A stretch of 64,000 bases of DNA from Sminthopsis crassicaudata. Its lineage: Eukaryota. Made by a program: the position numbers and the translations under genes. The notes beneath the pieces were generated by a model. The model did not search any database and was not told the origin of the DNA. It saw only the letters and a program-made list of their open reading frames with translations. Where the stretch lies: positions 29,050,478 through 29,114,477 of the forward strand of contig NC_133618.1 of assembly GCF_048593235.1 (NCBI RefSeq). Reading direction: 5' to 3'. Positions 22,001 to 33,983 of this stretch are shown here, in pieces. How positions within the stretch are numbered: position 1 is the first letter of the stretch; every line of letters starts with the position of its first letter.

Positions 22001-25000
22001 ATAATAGTACCAGGCTTCAAACTATACTACAAAGCTGTAATCATCAAAATACTTTGGTCCTGGGTAAGACATAGGTTAATCAATAAAATAGATTAATTAG
22101 GCAAGACAGAAGCAAACGAACATAATAAAATAGTGTTTGATAAGCTGACAATCCCAGGTTAAGAACATATTATTTGACAAAAACTATTGTGAAAACTGGT
22201 AAACAAATTGGCCAGAATTAGATATAGACTAATACTATATACTAAGATAAGCTCAAAATAAGTACATGATTTAGACATAAAGGATGACTTCATACGCAGA
22301 GTAGAGGATCATGGAAGAAGTTACCTGTCAGATCTATGAACAGAAGAACAGTTAATAACCAAATAAGAGTTTCCTAGGGCAACAAAATGGACGATTTTTA
22401 TAACTTAAAATCAAAAGGGGGCATCTAGGTGGTGTAGTGGATAGAGTACCAGCCCTGGAGAAGTCAGGAGGACCTGAGTTCAAATCTGATTTCAGACACT
22501 TCCTAGCTGTGTGACCCTGGGCAAGTCACTTAACCTCAATTGCCTCAGCCATAATTTAAAAAATCAAAAAAGGTTTTGCACAAACAAAACCAATACAGCT
22601 AAAATTAGAAGCAAAATATTGGGGAGGGAGCTTTGCAACAAGTTTCTCTGATAAAGGTCTTATTTCTCAGATAACATAGTGAATTAAGTTAAATTTATCA
22701 AAAATAAGAGCCTTTCTCCAGTTGATAAAAGATCAAAAAATATGGATAGATTCTATTTAAAAGAAGAAATTCAATCTATCAATAGTTATGCAAAAAAGAA
22801 ATGGTCCAATTCACAAATAGAGAAATGCAAATTAAAATAACTCTAAAGTACCACCTCATACCAATCAGATCAGATAGACTGAGTTGACTAAAAAAAAATG
22901 ACATGCTTAAAGAAATCATGGGGAAATAAAAACTTTGATGCCTTGCTGATGGAGATGTAAACTGATCTGAGCATTCTAGAAAGCAATTTGGAATTATGCC
23001 CCCAAAGCTATTAAATCATGCATGTCTTTTGACCTAATATTAGTCCTATGCCCTAAAGAGATCAAAGATAGAGGAAAAAGACTAATGTGTACAAAAATTC
23101 CATGTAGACAGGATACTTTAATAAATTCTGTAAGAAATGATGAAAGGAAGACTGTGAAGTGATGCAAAATGAATAAGCAGAATCAGGAGAACAATTTATA
23201 AAATATAAAGATAATCAAATTTAGAAGACTCAGGAACTCCAATTAGCACAATGACTAATTTCAATTAAAAAAATCATGATTAAACATACTATCTATATCT
23301 AAATAGCTGATGGATTCAGAGTGAAGACTGAAGCTTTCCTTTCTTTTTTGGACATGGGCTAATGCAAGAATTTGTTTTGCATGACTACATATTTATGATG
23401 GATTTTGTTTTTGCTTTGCAGTGGATGAGGAGAGGTGAGAGGAGGAGGAGTAAGGATTTTGAATAGAAATAGAATAGAATTAAATAGAAAATAGAAAAAA
23501 TAAATAAATTAACAAAACAAATATATGAGACTTTCACACACATACATATACATATATACACAATTCTCTAAGACATAGAGAAGAAACATAAGTGCTGAAA
23601 ACTAATAAAGAAAAATAATACAGAAATTGGTAGAATCCAAAGTGACTTAATAATAGTTGAAGTCAAAGATTAAATGAAAGCAACAATAAAAAGCATGTGA
23701 AAAATCAATAACATCACATTCTAAAATTTTTAAGACCGGCAAGATTTCTGCAATTGTCAGGAACCTTTAAAAGAAGGAATTGGGTCTTAAGTCTTAGAGA
23801 TTAGAAAAAGAAAACAGACTTGGACACCAAGAGAAAAGACTCAAGATCTGAATGGGATCTTTCAGTGATCTTTACTCTTAACTGGACAGATCAATTATTG
23901 TGTCTTAGATGGATACCTTTGGAGTTTTCTGTGTGGGGGCATTTATCAAAGGCCACAAGAATTATGCTACATTATTATGTGGTACTCAGACTGCTACTGC
24001 TACTGCTGCTACCTTAGACTGAAAAGGGAGATGGAGGCCAAGATGGCAACTGGTACAGCAGATCCTTGTTTCTGAATCCAAACTCAATGTGAGAAAATAG
24101 TCTCTAGTCGGAAGAGATCTCAAGGAAATGTTTTATCTATTCTCGGTGTTCATCTTCTATGTTCCAGATGGTTGTATATTACATAGTTTTAAGAATTTAA
24201 TGAAGATAATTCTTAATAGTGTTTGTGTTTTGGGTGAGGATATGGATAGAGGCTGAAGGAAAAATGGAAATCCTTGCCTTTGAGAAATTTATATTATCAT
24301 GAATCAGTGTGCACACAAATGCATATGAATCAAATGCAAGGTGATGGGGTTGGGCAAGGGGAGCTGGTACATACACTATGATATAGCTACATTGGTTCCT
24401 TGCAGTTCCTCATACATGACACTATTATTTCCAGATTTTGACGCTGTACTTCTGTCCTGTGAATCTCCATGCTTCTCAGATTCTTTGGCTTCCTTCAAAA
24501 CTTAGCTCAAATCCTCCCTTCTAAAAGAGGTCTTTCTTCATCTGTCCCTCAATGGCTAGTGCTTTAAATGCTTTTTGGTTGACAGACCTTAAGGAATGAA
24601 CCACAGACTGAGGTTTTGATTGCCCCTTGTGCTTTGCAAAGTGGTCCCTACAGAGAAAGGTAGGATTTGCCTTCTGGTTCCACATAACCCACTCATCCCC
24701 CATCCCTGACTAAATGTCCAGACACTAGTCAAATAGTCAATAAGTATATATTAAGAACTCACTATGTACCAGGAACTGTATTAAGTGCTAGAGTTAAAGA
24801 AAAAGGCAAAAACAGTCTCTCCTCTGTAGAGGTATACGCTCTAATGGAGGCAACCTATAAATGAATGAATGAATGAAAAATACATCCAGATTAAACCAAA
24901 AATGAAGATTTTAATAGCCAAGGGAGCTATAGTAAGATAAGCTGAGCTAAGCTTTGTTTAGGAGAGGGTCTGAGGGAAGATGAAATGGAAGGGCAGCTAA

Positions 25001-25100
25001 TGCTGAGTGCAGGAGGTCTGGCAGGCTCACCTCGGGGCCATAGGAAGATACGTTGGCTAAGTGCACTGAAATGAGCTTCTTGGTTTTGTTGGCCTTCCAT
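16079..25100 (-). CDS. CLEC4F: Type II C-type lectin, CLEC4F (Kupffer cell receptor)-like with langerin-like exon 1, ~391 aa; exons 25100-25031, 20844-20737, 20596-20528 (tentative), 20253-19747, 19127-18976, 17873-17761, 16235-16079
   Basis: Cytoplasmic MEGQQNQEAHFSALSQRIFLWPR; TM GSMIFLAVFSFLLVLIG; heptad neck with N-glycosylation sites; CRD QGWHFYKGNAYYFS..KTWDEAEEFCVAHNSHLASVTS..EQ|EFL...WIGLTDKDTEGTWHWVDGTP|FWNTNQPDNW...EDCVH...WND..C...WICK. Phases 1-1-1-1-0-2 keep the frame. Upstream in-frame ATGs exist at 25142 and 25151. Confidence 0.85.
17310..17560 (-). mobile_element. MAR1/MIR-like SINE in lectin intron
   Basis: TTTTCTTGGTAAAGATACTGGAGTGGCTTGCCATT...GATGAGGAAACTAAGGCAGAG. Confidence 0.7.
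21500..23480 (+). mobile_element. Degenerate L1 ORF2 3' half in lectin intron 1
   Basis: Recognisable blocks such as AAACTATACTACAAAGCTGTAATCATCAAAAT, GAGAAATGCAAATTAAAATAACTCT and GCAATTTGGAATTATGCCC; many indels. Confidence 0.75.
22417..22548 (+). mobile_element. WSINE1-like SINE nested in the L1, TSD about AAAATCAAAA
   Basis: SINE consensus; AAAATCAAAA at 22407-22416 and again at 22560-22569. Confidence 0.85.
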
Positions 25101-28100
25101 GTCTTCTTCTTCTTCTTCTCTATCCACGTCTTCTTGGTCCATGCTGTTCATTGCCAAATGCTCTTAATCCTGTTCTTATTGATGGACACTCCAAGAATCT
25201 TTTTTATGTTTCCCCTCCATAAACAGAAAAAGGAAATAAAGCTGATACATCCCCTTGGTTTCTATAGGCCTATGACCCTGTACTGTCTGCAGATGACACT
25301 TAACCCTAGATCCTTGCTGACTTGGTAGAAACTGTTAGACTGTTAGAAGGATCCCAGGGCCCCCTGGATTCTCAGTTGTATTATATTGTCACTGCTTTCC
25401 CATGGACAACAGATATTTCTCTAAATATTTTATAGAATATTTCCTAATTGTATATGGGTGCTTTAAATAAGTTCCTAATTGTTTTATATATTCTGTCATT
25501 ATTTGGAATGGAATTTCTTTTTTGAAAACTCTTTTAGTTGGGTTTTGTTCATTTTAATGTTTTTTAAACTTTTTGTTTTCAATTTTGTTAATCACTCCTT
25601 TGAGTTTCAAGACTTCTATTTTAGTATTTGGGGATTTTTGATTTGGGTTTTTCAATTGCTTTTCTAATTTTCTTTTAGTTATCCAATTCATTTATCTATT
25701 TTCTCCCCCTCTCTTTTGTTGTTGGAATTATTTAGAGATAAAAAAATTTCCTAAAGACTACTTTAACTTTATTACATAAGTACTGATATATTAACTCATT
25801 GTTGTCATTTTTTTTCCTCTGGCCCATCAAACCTTCTGAATTTTTAATCCTCCTATTCTGTATCTTTCTCTGATGTCTCTTCCCTCAAAACTGTTTACTT
25901 CACTCGTCATTCAAGTTCTCTTAGACTGACCTCAATTTATTCCAAAGCATTTCCATTCTTTAGGACAGAGCTGCATGCATTGGTGCCTGAGAGCTGATGA
26001 GACAAGGTCACAGATTCAGATTCTGTAAATGCTTGGTGACATTTCCTAAGAAAGGGGGGGATGTTTTTTTGGTCAAAGACTCAACATCTAGTCCCAAACA
26101 CACCCTGGCTCTTCAGCCTAACCCAACTGCATGCTATGGACCAAAGAGAAGAATGGAATATATGTGAGTTACTGCTGTCTATCCTCATAATGGATCTGGG
26201 TTCCTATTAATTCAAGACAATATGCATCATATTGCATCTCATTTCAGCTTATGTACTCTCTTCATTTCTCTTTAACCATTCACTACAATGGGTTTGTGAC
26301 TCTTTAATTTCTTCTGATATCACAAGAGTACCAGTGGAATACCCTGGCTTTATACCCATCATCCCTTCCACTCTGACCAGCATTCTCTTTTTCTTATCCA
26401 TTCATTAAAGGCATCCTTTATACCTGTTCTTTGTTACATTAGTTACAATCACCAGCGGGCCTCTCCCTTGTTCTCTTTTAGGATTCATTTTTAATTCTTC
26501 AGATACTGTAGCATATCGTGTCTCAAAGAAACAATGTCATCAACAATGATAGCAGAGGAAAAGATTGCTTCCATTGGAAGTTTGGGATCATTAAAAGAGC
26601 TTGTTGATTTCCAAAAGGCAGTCCATTTTACTCTCCTTTGTTCTACTCTGGTCCCAAATCATTATTCATTTTTTTATTACTTACTCCCTACCCCTCTCTT
26701 TGTACTTCTCCGTACATTATTGATCATTTTTTGCTGCCTATCCTTTAGACATGTCTGTATATATACTCCTTTGAGTGGTTCTAGATCTCTTCCAGGAGAT
26801 GCTATGATAGTATGCGTATAATCAGAATATAATCAGAAAACAATCCTTATTATTTAAAAAGCACATACACATGAAACATGGTTAATTTACTTAGAGTAAA
26901 TCAGACGGATTATCTTTGTCTATGAAGAAGAAACAATGAAAAACCAAGAATAAGCTCTGGGGGGATTTAGAAAACTGAGGTTCAAATTCTGGCCTCTTCC
27001 ATTTCCTCACTGGGTGATCTTGAATGAAGCACTTTCCCTTTGAGCCTCAGTTTCCTTATCTTTAAAATGAGTGTCTTGGACTCAATGAAATTCATGTCCA
27101 TTTGCAGCTGTAAATCTATGATTGTATGACCCCAAACTGTCAGGTCTAAGCGGATCATGTCTCAGACCATGGAGGGAGCCCTGAGCCTGAAGAGCAAATA
27201 GACACGTGCTAGTGTTCCCCTAGCTGGAGAGAGTCACCTGCTCCCCCTGCTTCCTGTTGGTCTTCCTTGCCTTAAAGGTATGGAATGGGTTATGCTTTTA
27301 GGTTTAGTTCTACTCTCCAGATAACCTGAGCTTTAAAACCCAGAATAGAGTTCATGAATCCCCCAGTTCCGCTAAAATGAGACGGCGCCATGAAGCCCAA
27401 GAAAGGTCCGGGGGCAGTTGGAAAAAGGAGAAGTATTGATTCAAGGTTTCCATTTCCCTACTGTCCCTGTTCCTCTTTTCCCCACGGCCTAGAGAGGCTC
27501 CCACACAAAGCCTTGCATAGGAAACTTTTGTTGGAAAGTAACTTGCTTTAAAGGAGTGACCTTAAATAGTGTTACACAGTTGGCAAAATCTGATATCGGA
27601 TTTGAACTCCTCTTCATGTCCAACACTGACCACTGCATGACTCAGCTGCCTAGCTAAACTTTTCTGCTGACTCTTCCTCATCACAAATGCAACACGGCCC
27701 ATAAGTCTAAGTCCTGTCTCTGTGATGTACCCACAGACCAGGGCTGCTGCTTCATCATTGCCCCTACCAATCTCTGCCTGATATCTGGTATACAGTACCT
27801 GGCACACAGCGACCATCCTATAAATGCTTATTTCCTGCCTGCCTGTTTACATGGGAAGATAAAAACCTCATGGAAGCTGACCATTTCTTGAATTAGGGTA
27901 GAAGTAACACCTTCTTCTTCAGCCATTTTTGGTGGCTTTCAGGTTTTAGATGAACTATGCAGAATTAAGTAACAGTTAGACTCTTAGATATTGAAGAAGT
28001 AATTGTTATTCCAACTCTGCTGTTCTTTGTCCCCCCTGTCACCAGCCAGAGTGATATGATCATGGACAAATCACTCACATTTTCTAAGCCTCAGTTTCCT

Positions 28101-28444
28101 CATTTGTAAAATGCCACTTCTCAACAATAAGATTTTATTGTGTCCTATGATACTGGGGAGACAAAGTCAAAAATGAAAGTCAAAATTTTTGGCAGCATTG
28201 GAGGCTTATGCAAATGTGAGTTATTATTATCTGCACTGAAATATTCTCTAGATTTTATGCTAATGTCCTGTTAAGAGATAAGAGATTTTTGCCTGAGGAT
28301 TTTGATATTTATAACTTGTAGATGGAACAACAGGGATGTATGGGGGGTTCAGGAGAGTTAGCAACTGTGATGTGTAGGTCTGCTAAACCCTTTTCAGGGC
28401 TGCTTATTCACCTTTCTGTCACCAACTTTCATGTAGACCTCCAA

Positions 28445-28531
28445 GAAGAAGAAGGAGGAGGAGGAGGAGGAGGAGGAGGAGGAGGAGAAGAAGAAGAGAG
28501 GAAGAGACAGAGAGACAGAGAGACAGAGAGA
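28445..28531. repeat. (GAA/GGA)n and (AGAGAC)n compound microsatellite
   Basis: Directly visible. Confidence 0.9.
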
Positions 28532-29071
28532 TAACTAAATTATATAAAACTTAATAGGGATAAGTATAAATTCTTATATTTGGGTTCACAAAATCAATTT
28601 ACCAAGTCACAGTATTGGGGAAGTGTTCCCTTTGGTCCCCAGGAGACTCAATACCATGTCAGATATGAATTAAATGGTTAACAAATAGAGAGTGAATGAA
28701 TGGATATTGTTTCTGGGAGGAAACTGGAAAAGATACCCCTTCCTACATGTCATGAGATCTCCGCCTTTTCTTCTGAAGCACACACACACACACACACACA
28801 CCCCATAACCCATAATCAGTCTTCAAACAAAAATGATATATGACAAAGTTTAGAAAAAAGAATGGTTTATTCTGGTTGCCTGGTGTTTTATACCAGACAG
28901 CCCTCAAGGAAAGGAGGAAGGAGATATTCCCTAAAGGAAGAGGAGGGAGCTGAAGGGCAATTACAAAAGGATGAGACATATTAGGATGAAGAGCTTATAG
29001 CCAGGTTTTCATAGGTGAAGGTTTGCTCCCAAGATTGCAGAATCCCAACTCCTTTCTCTGTCTTGTAATCT

Positions 29072-31900
29072 CTAGGATTTGAACTTGCAGATGTAGAAGT
29101 TTTTGTTGCTACATGGTTGATCTCTCCAATTTTTGAATCCTAAGAAGAGACATGATTCATCATATTGGGAAGCAAGTATACTGGAATTTGTGGCTCCACA
29201 ACCTAGTAAATTTAACCCCTAGCCCTGGGATTCAAAGCATTCCCAAATCCCCAAAGCACTAGCAAACTTAAAGCTGCTTAGAGGTTTGTGATGACCAGAA
29301 ACAAGGAGAAGAGAGGAAGGGAAACAAAAGGATTTCCCCTTAATATGGGTGAAGTGGATCCTTCTAATCCCCAATGTGTTAGCAAATACAGAGGTTTTGT
29401 TTATAATTTTCTTTTGTCTCACCTGTTTCTGGTGTCAAGGTCACACAGTATCCAGGACTGGTATTGCTTGGGGCTCTTGTAGCCCAGGACTGGTAGGTGA
29501 ACAGGGCATTGCTGCTCCATTTCCAACGCCGGTTCTGTAGGGAGAAGGCAGTGATTAGGGAACCCTTGCAAACACACACAATCTTTCCTCACTCAAAATT
29601 CCCACATTTGTTTTCCTACTAAGTGTTTCCAGATCTTATATTCTTCTTAGAATTCTAATCAGCTGGTCCTCAAAATCCTAGATACAAGGACTTGACACAT
29701 GATATTATGGAAGCCAGATTAACCTTGTTGCTCTTGATCAAAGTTTGAAGCAATGGGGGTACAGTGCAAAGAGAATTTAATCTTGATGTAAAAAAATCTT
29801 CCTGATAATTAGACATGTCTAAAATCAGAACAGGTCGTGTTGGAGATGATCGGTTCCCTTTCCCCATCAAAATTTCTCGGATCCCGAATGCCTCCCCTTG
29901 ACACTAACTCTCTGTATTTGCTAACATACACCTTGGGGATTAGACTTCGCTCATATTAAGGGGAGATACTTTTGTTTTCCTTCCTCTCTTCTCCTTGTCT
30001 TTTCTAGAAGACTTGGTACACTTGAATTTAATAGGGGGGAAGTCATTCTATTTGGTGCAAAGACTGGACTAAGTGGTCTCAGAAGAGCTTTCAAATTCTC
30101 TGCAGGATGGAATAAAAAGCCCATCTCCTCCAGGAAGCCTTACCTAACTTCTTCCACATTGATGGGTCCCTGCTCTGATCATCTACAGCCCAGACAGTCC
30201 TGGTCAGCCAATGGAGTCTTAGGCTAGCCTCTGTCTAGTGTTACAGATANNNNNNNNNNNNNNNNNNNNNNNNNNNNNNNNNNNNNNNNNNNNNNNNNNN
30301 NNNNNNNNNNNNNNNNNNNNNNNNNNNNNNNNNNNNNNNNNNNNNNNNNNNNNNNNNNNNNNNNNNNNNNNNNNNNNNNNNNNNNNNNNNNNNNNNNNNN
30401 NNNNNNNNNNNNNNNNNNNNNNNNNNNNNNNNNNNNNNNNNNNNNNNNNNNNNNNNNNNNNNNNNNNNNNNNNNNNNNNNNNNNNNNNNNNNNNNNNNNN
30501 NNNNNNNNNNNNNNNNNNNNNNNNNNNNNNNNNNNNNNNNNNNNNNACACATTAGCTCCTCATTGTCTGGGATTATAATTTGTGATTAAACAACTGGGCC
30601 TGAAAAGGGAGACAAATCAACTCCTTTATCTTTTACATAAGCAGAGAAAATATTACATTACTTGCCTCAAATCCCTTCTTTATAACTTAGAATATGTTAC
30701 AGATGATGAGGTGCTTCTAAGGGGCTAACATGTTCTTCTTTATCAACTATGAACATTTCTCCCTTATCTATCATTTGTTTGATTCTCTAAAGGAAAAGTG
30801 AGGTGACTTTATGTTTTATTTCCATCAGGATGGAGACCATGACCTTCAGTTACGTGAATATCCTCGATGAGAAGAAATAGGAGTTTGAATGAGGTATGGG
30901 CATGTGTGTGAACGAAACTGAGTTAGAACAGACAGCTTGATTCTGACTAGAGACACCTGGATGGAGTTATAAAAGCTAGATACCACCAGAAATGGGTCTT
31001 CCTTAGCCCTCTCACCTCCTTCTAATTCCCTCTTCCTAGAGCTCCAAGGGAGAAGAGGATGATGTTTTCTGAGCAGCCCCCCCCCCCTACTCTCTCCTCT
31101 AATAATCTGGGCAAGCAGAAGGACTAGCAGAGAGAAGGACAAACCTTGTTAGGGTCATAGAGACCAATCCAGATGCCATTGCGGCTGCCTCCGCTCTCAG
31201 CCACCAGGGAGGCCACAAAGGAAGCTTCTGCGTCGTTCATCAGGGAAGCCAGATGGCCTGAGGTCTGGCTCTGGCAGTTCACCTGTAGAGGAAGGGAGAA
31301 GAGAGCTTTCCTCATATAGGGTGAAGAATAGGAGACAAGACAGAGATTACATCTTCAGGGAACTAGAGGAGAGTGTAGGAGACAGAGGACGGCTTAAATG
31401 TCCACAACTGAGCCTCAGGGGGCACTGTGATAAAAGAGAAAAGACTGGTATCCCCATCCCTGCTTGGAAATTCCCCCAACTAACCTCTGCAGCATCCCAG
31501 GTCTCTGCCATACTGAACAAGCCATAGCAGTAAGAACCAAAGGCTTTGGACCCTTCAGGACAGGACCTCCGAAAAGAGGCAACAGCAGCAGCAGCGGAAG
31601 AAGCAGAAGAGGCAGTCTCACCTGAAAGAGGAAGGGAAGGAACTAGAGAGAGGGTGTCTAGAGCTCCTGCCCTCTGGAATTCCTGGATGTCCCTCTCCTC
31701 CTTGCTTCTTCTCCCCCTTCTTTCCTTTTCCCTATGAGTCTGCTCTCCCTCTCCCTCTCTACATACCTATGAGGCTGTGCCCAAGAACATCCTAAGTCAG
31801 GGAGGAAGGACAGGAAGCACTCACCACGTGCCAGGCCTACGAACAGCAGGCAGACCAGGAGCAGCCTGGAGAAACTGGGGGACATCACCAGGGGCAGCAT
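29072..31900 (-). CDS. REG-family secreted C-type lectin, copy A (lithostathine/REG1-like CRD), 176 aa; coding exons 31900-31825, 31621-31485, 31282-31145, 29534-29423, 29139-29072
   Basis: MLPLVMSPSFSRLLLVCLLFVGLARG|ETASSASSAAAAVASFRRSCPEGSKAFGSYCY...TWDAAE|VNCQSQTSGHLASL...WIGLYDPNK|NRRWKWSS...PGYCVTLTPETG|FKNWRDQPCSNKNFYICKFKS*. Six cysteines, REG exon phases 1-0-0-1. Minus-strand AATAAA at 28866-28871. Confidence 0.92.
30250..30546. other. Assembly gap (297 N) within intron 4 of REG copy A
   Basis: N run. Confidence 1.
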
Positions 31901-32218
31901 GGTCTCAGTCTGAAGGGACAGAAAGCCCAGACACTAAGGAACATGCACCTTGACCCAGACCAGACCTCAGAGATGGGATCAGGAAAGGGGAGAGTGACAA
32001 AAGATCCTCTGGGCTCTCTTTCTTCCTCCCTTCAGACCTGGGGGCAGATTTTCGAGCCATCTCCCCCCCCTTCCCCAGATCTGTGGGAAACTGGGGCCTC
32101 TGGGAATAGCATCTACCAAAGGCAGCATCCCCCCCCCACCAAGATTTATCCTTCTCCACTGAGAAGCAGAGTCTCAGGAATCCCAGGTCATCCTTGTTCC
32201 TTAGGTCCCTCCACTTAC

Positions 32219-32721
32219 CTATCTGATGGGGCTGAGGGATGGTTTGTCTGGGGAGCCAGTGATGGGCTTTTATAGCTTGAATTCAGGGGGAGGTGACGCA
32301 GGCAGGAATGAAAAGGAGCTGATAAGCAGCTGAGAAATGTGGGAGGAGGTGGAAAATTCATATGGGGTCAGAGTGCATATGCTGATGAGCAATAGGGTGA
32401 TTCCTGGCATCCATCTGAAGTTTCCCAAGCAGCAGATACATACTGACAACAGCCTCTTCATAAGACACAGGGACAAAGGTTTGTCCTGGGAGGGGCACAG
32501 GGAGAGTCCCTTTTCTGAAGGTCTCCTGCTGCCCATTCCTATAATGCTGGAAATAGATCCAAGGGCAAATCACCTTTCACCGATTCCTTAATTGGGATTG
32601 AGGGGAAAGTGTTATAGAATCCTAGAAGAGCAGAAGAACACAGCCTGGGAGCCAGGCTAATGGAAGGAAGGTCCAAAGGTCCAAAGATGAATCCATATTC
32701 TCTCTGTATTCATTCCTGGAA
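32219..32721 (-). promoter_or_regulatory. REG copy A exon 1 donor, TATA box and upstream elements
   Basis: Donor TAG|GTAAGT at 32219; TATAAAA at about 32268-32274 (minus); GATA site near 32320; TTCCTGGAA at 32713-32721. Confidence 0.7.
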
Positions 32722-33927
32722 TCCCATAACCCTGGAGGAAAAGGGCAGAGGGCTGAAAAGCGCTAACTATTCCTAAGTGGCCTAGTACACACTTTAATTT
32801 AAAGTTTTCTTACATGTTTCATGTTTCTTGACATCTTTATTTCTCATTTCTAAATATATCTCTCCCCTTACCTATCTTTTTAAAAAAAGTAAAAAAGTGT
32901 AACCCTCGTCCCAAAGCCCATTGGTATGGAACTCTTTCCTCATTGATGGAGCTTAATGATCTGCCCTGTGTAAAGGAAAGACTGGGAGATGAGGAGAGTT
33001 CTGAAGTTCTCTTTGCATGTTCTAGAGCTCTCTTGAAACCTTGCATTTCTCAAGCCTTTACAGGGAAGGTAGAGTAGGTCAATGCTTTCAGATTACTGAA
33101 GGAAAAGACTCTTGGGAGATATGAGAGGAAGCAGCAATCTCCATCAAATTAAAGGTGAACCAAAATAGAAACGGTCAGACAACACTTTTGATGGTCCACA
33201 TCCATAGGCCCCCACTCCTGCAAAAAGGAAATTGCCTTTTTCTCAAATCCTTTTTGGGGACAAACCCATTTATTATAATAGCACAGTGCTGGGTTTGGTT
33301 TTTGTTATTGTTGAGCCTCCATTTACAAAGTTCTGGTCATTGTTATTTATTGTTTGTGATTTCTCCCCTCTGTACCAGTTCATACAATTCTCTAATTCCT
33401 AACTACCCTATGTTAATATTAGCTATTATTTGTAGTATAGGCCAGTGTTGCTCCCAGAGACACATGCAGACAGTCTCCCAATGAAGGGGTTGTAATTTAT
33501 AGGTGATTGTATAACAGGCGGTCTCCCTCCTGCCAGCTGACTTGTCTGGAAGTAATGATCCAGATTGTGGGTAGTTGGCGATGGCACAGGCTCACAGAGA
33601 GGGTGTATTAAAGGTATTGTTTTCAATGTACAATCTGAACCAGATATGGGACAGCTACTTTATTCTCATACACACAATCCAATCTCCTTCAGGAACACGG
33701 GCTCCTTGGGGAGAGAGCCTGTTTTTGTCTTTGTACTTTCAATGCTTACCACACTGCCTGACACAAGGGAGGTACTTGGTAAGGGTTTATTGATTGAGTC
33801 ATTGGTCAATGTTGGGTAAATCTTCTCTAACAATAACTGGTTTTCCAATTTTTTTTTAATTTACTCTTTTCTGTGACAACCATAACACTGTCAGTGTTTT
33901 AAGTTGACAATACTAAAGGAGAATTTG

Positions 33928-33981
<54 letters not shown>
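33928..33981. repeat. (AC)n microsatellite
   Basis: Directly visible perfect run. Confidence 0.95.

Positions 33982-33983
<2 letters not shown>

Noticed and set aside
27389-27550. Short ORF with good Kozak context (MKPKKGPGAVGKRR...) in a small CpG cluster
   Set aside because: About 53 codons, no recognisable homology or supporting splice structure.
30224-30555. Poly-X ORFs (also 44335-45115)
   Set aside because: Artefacts of N gaps.
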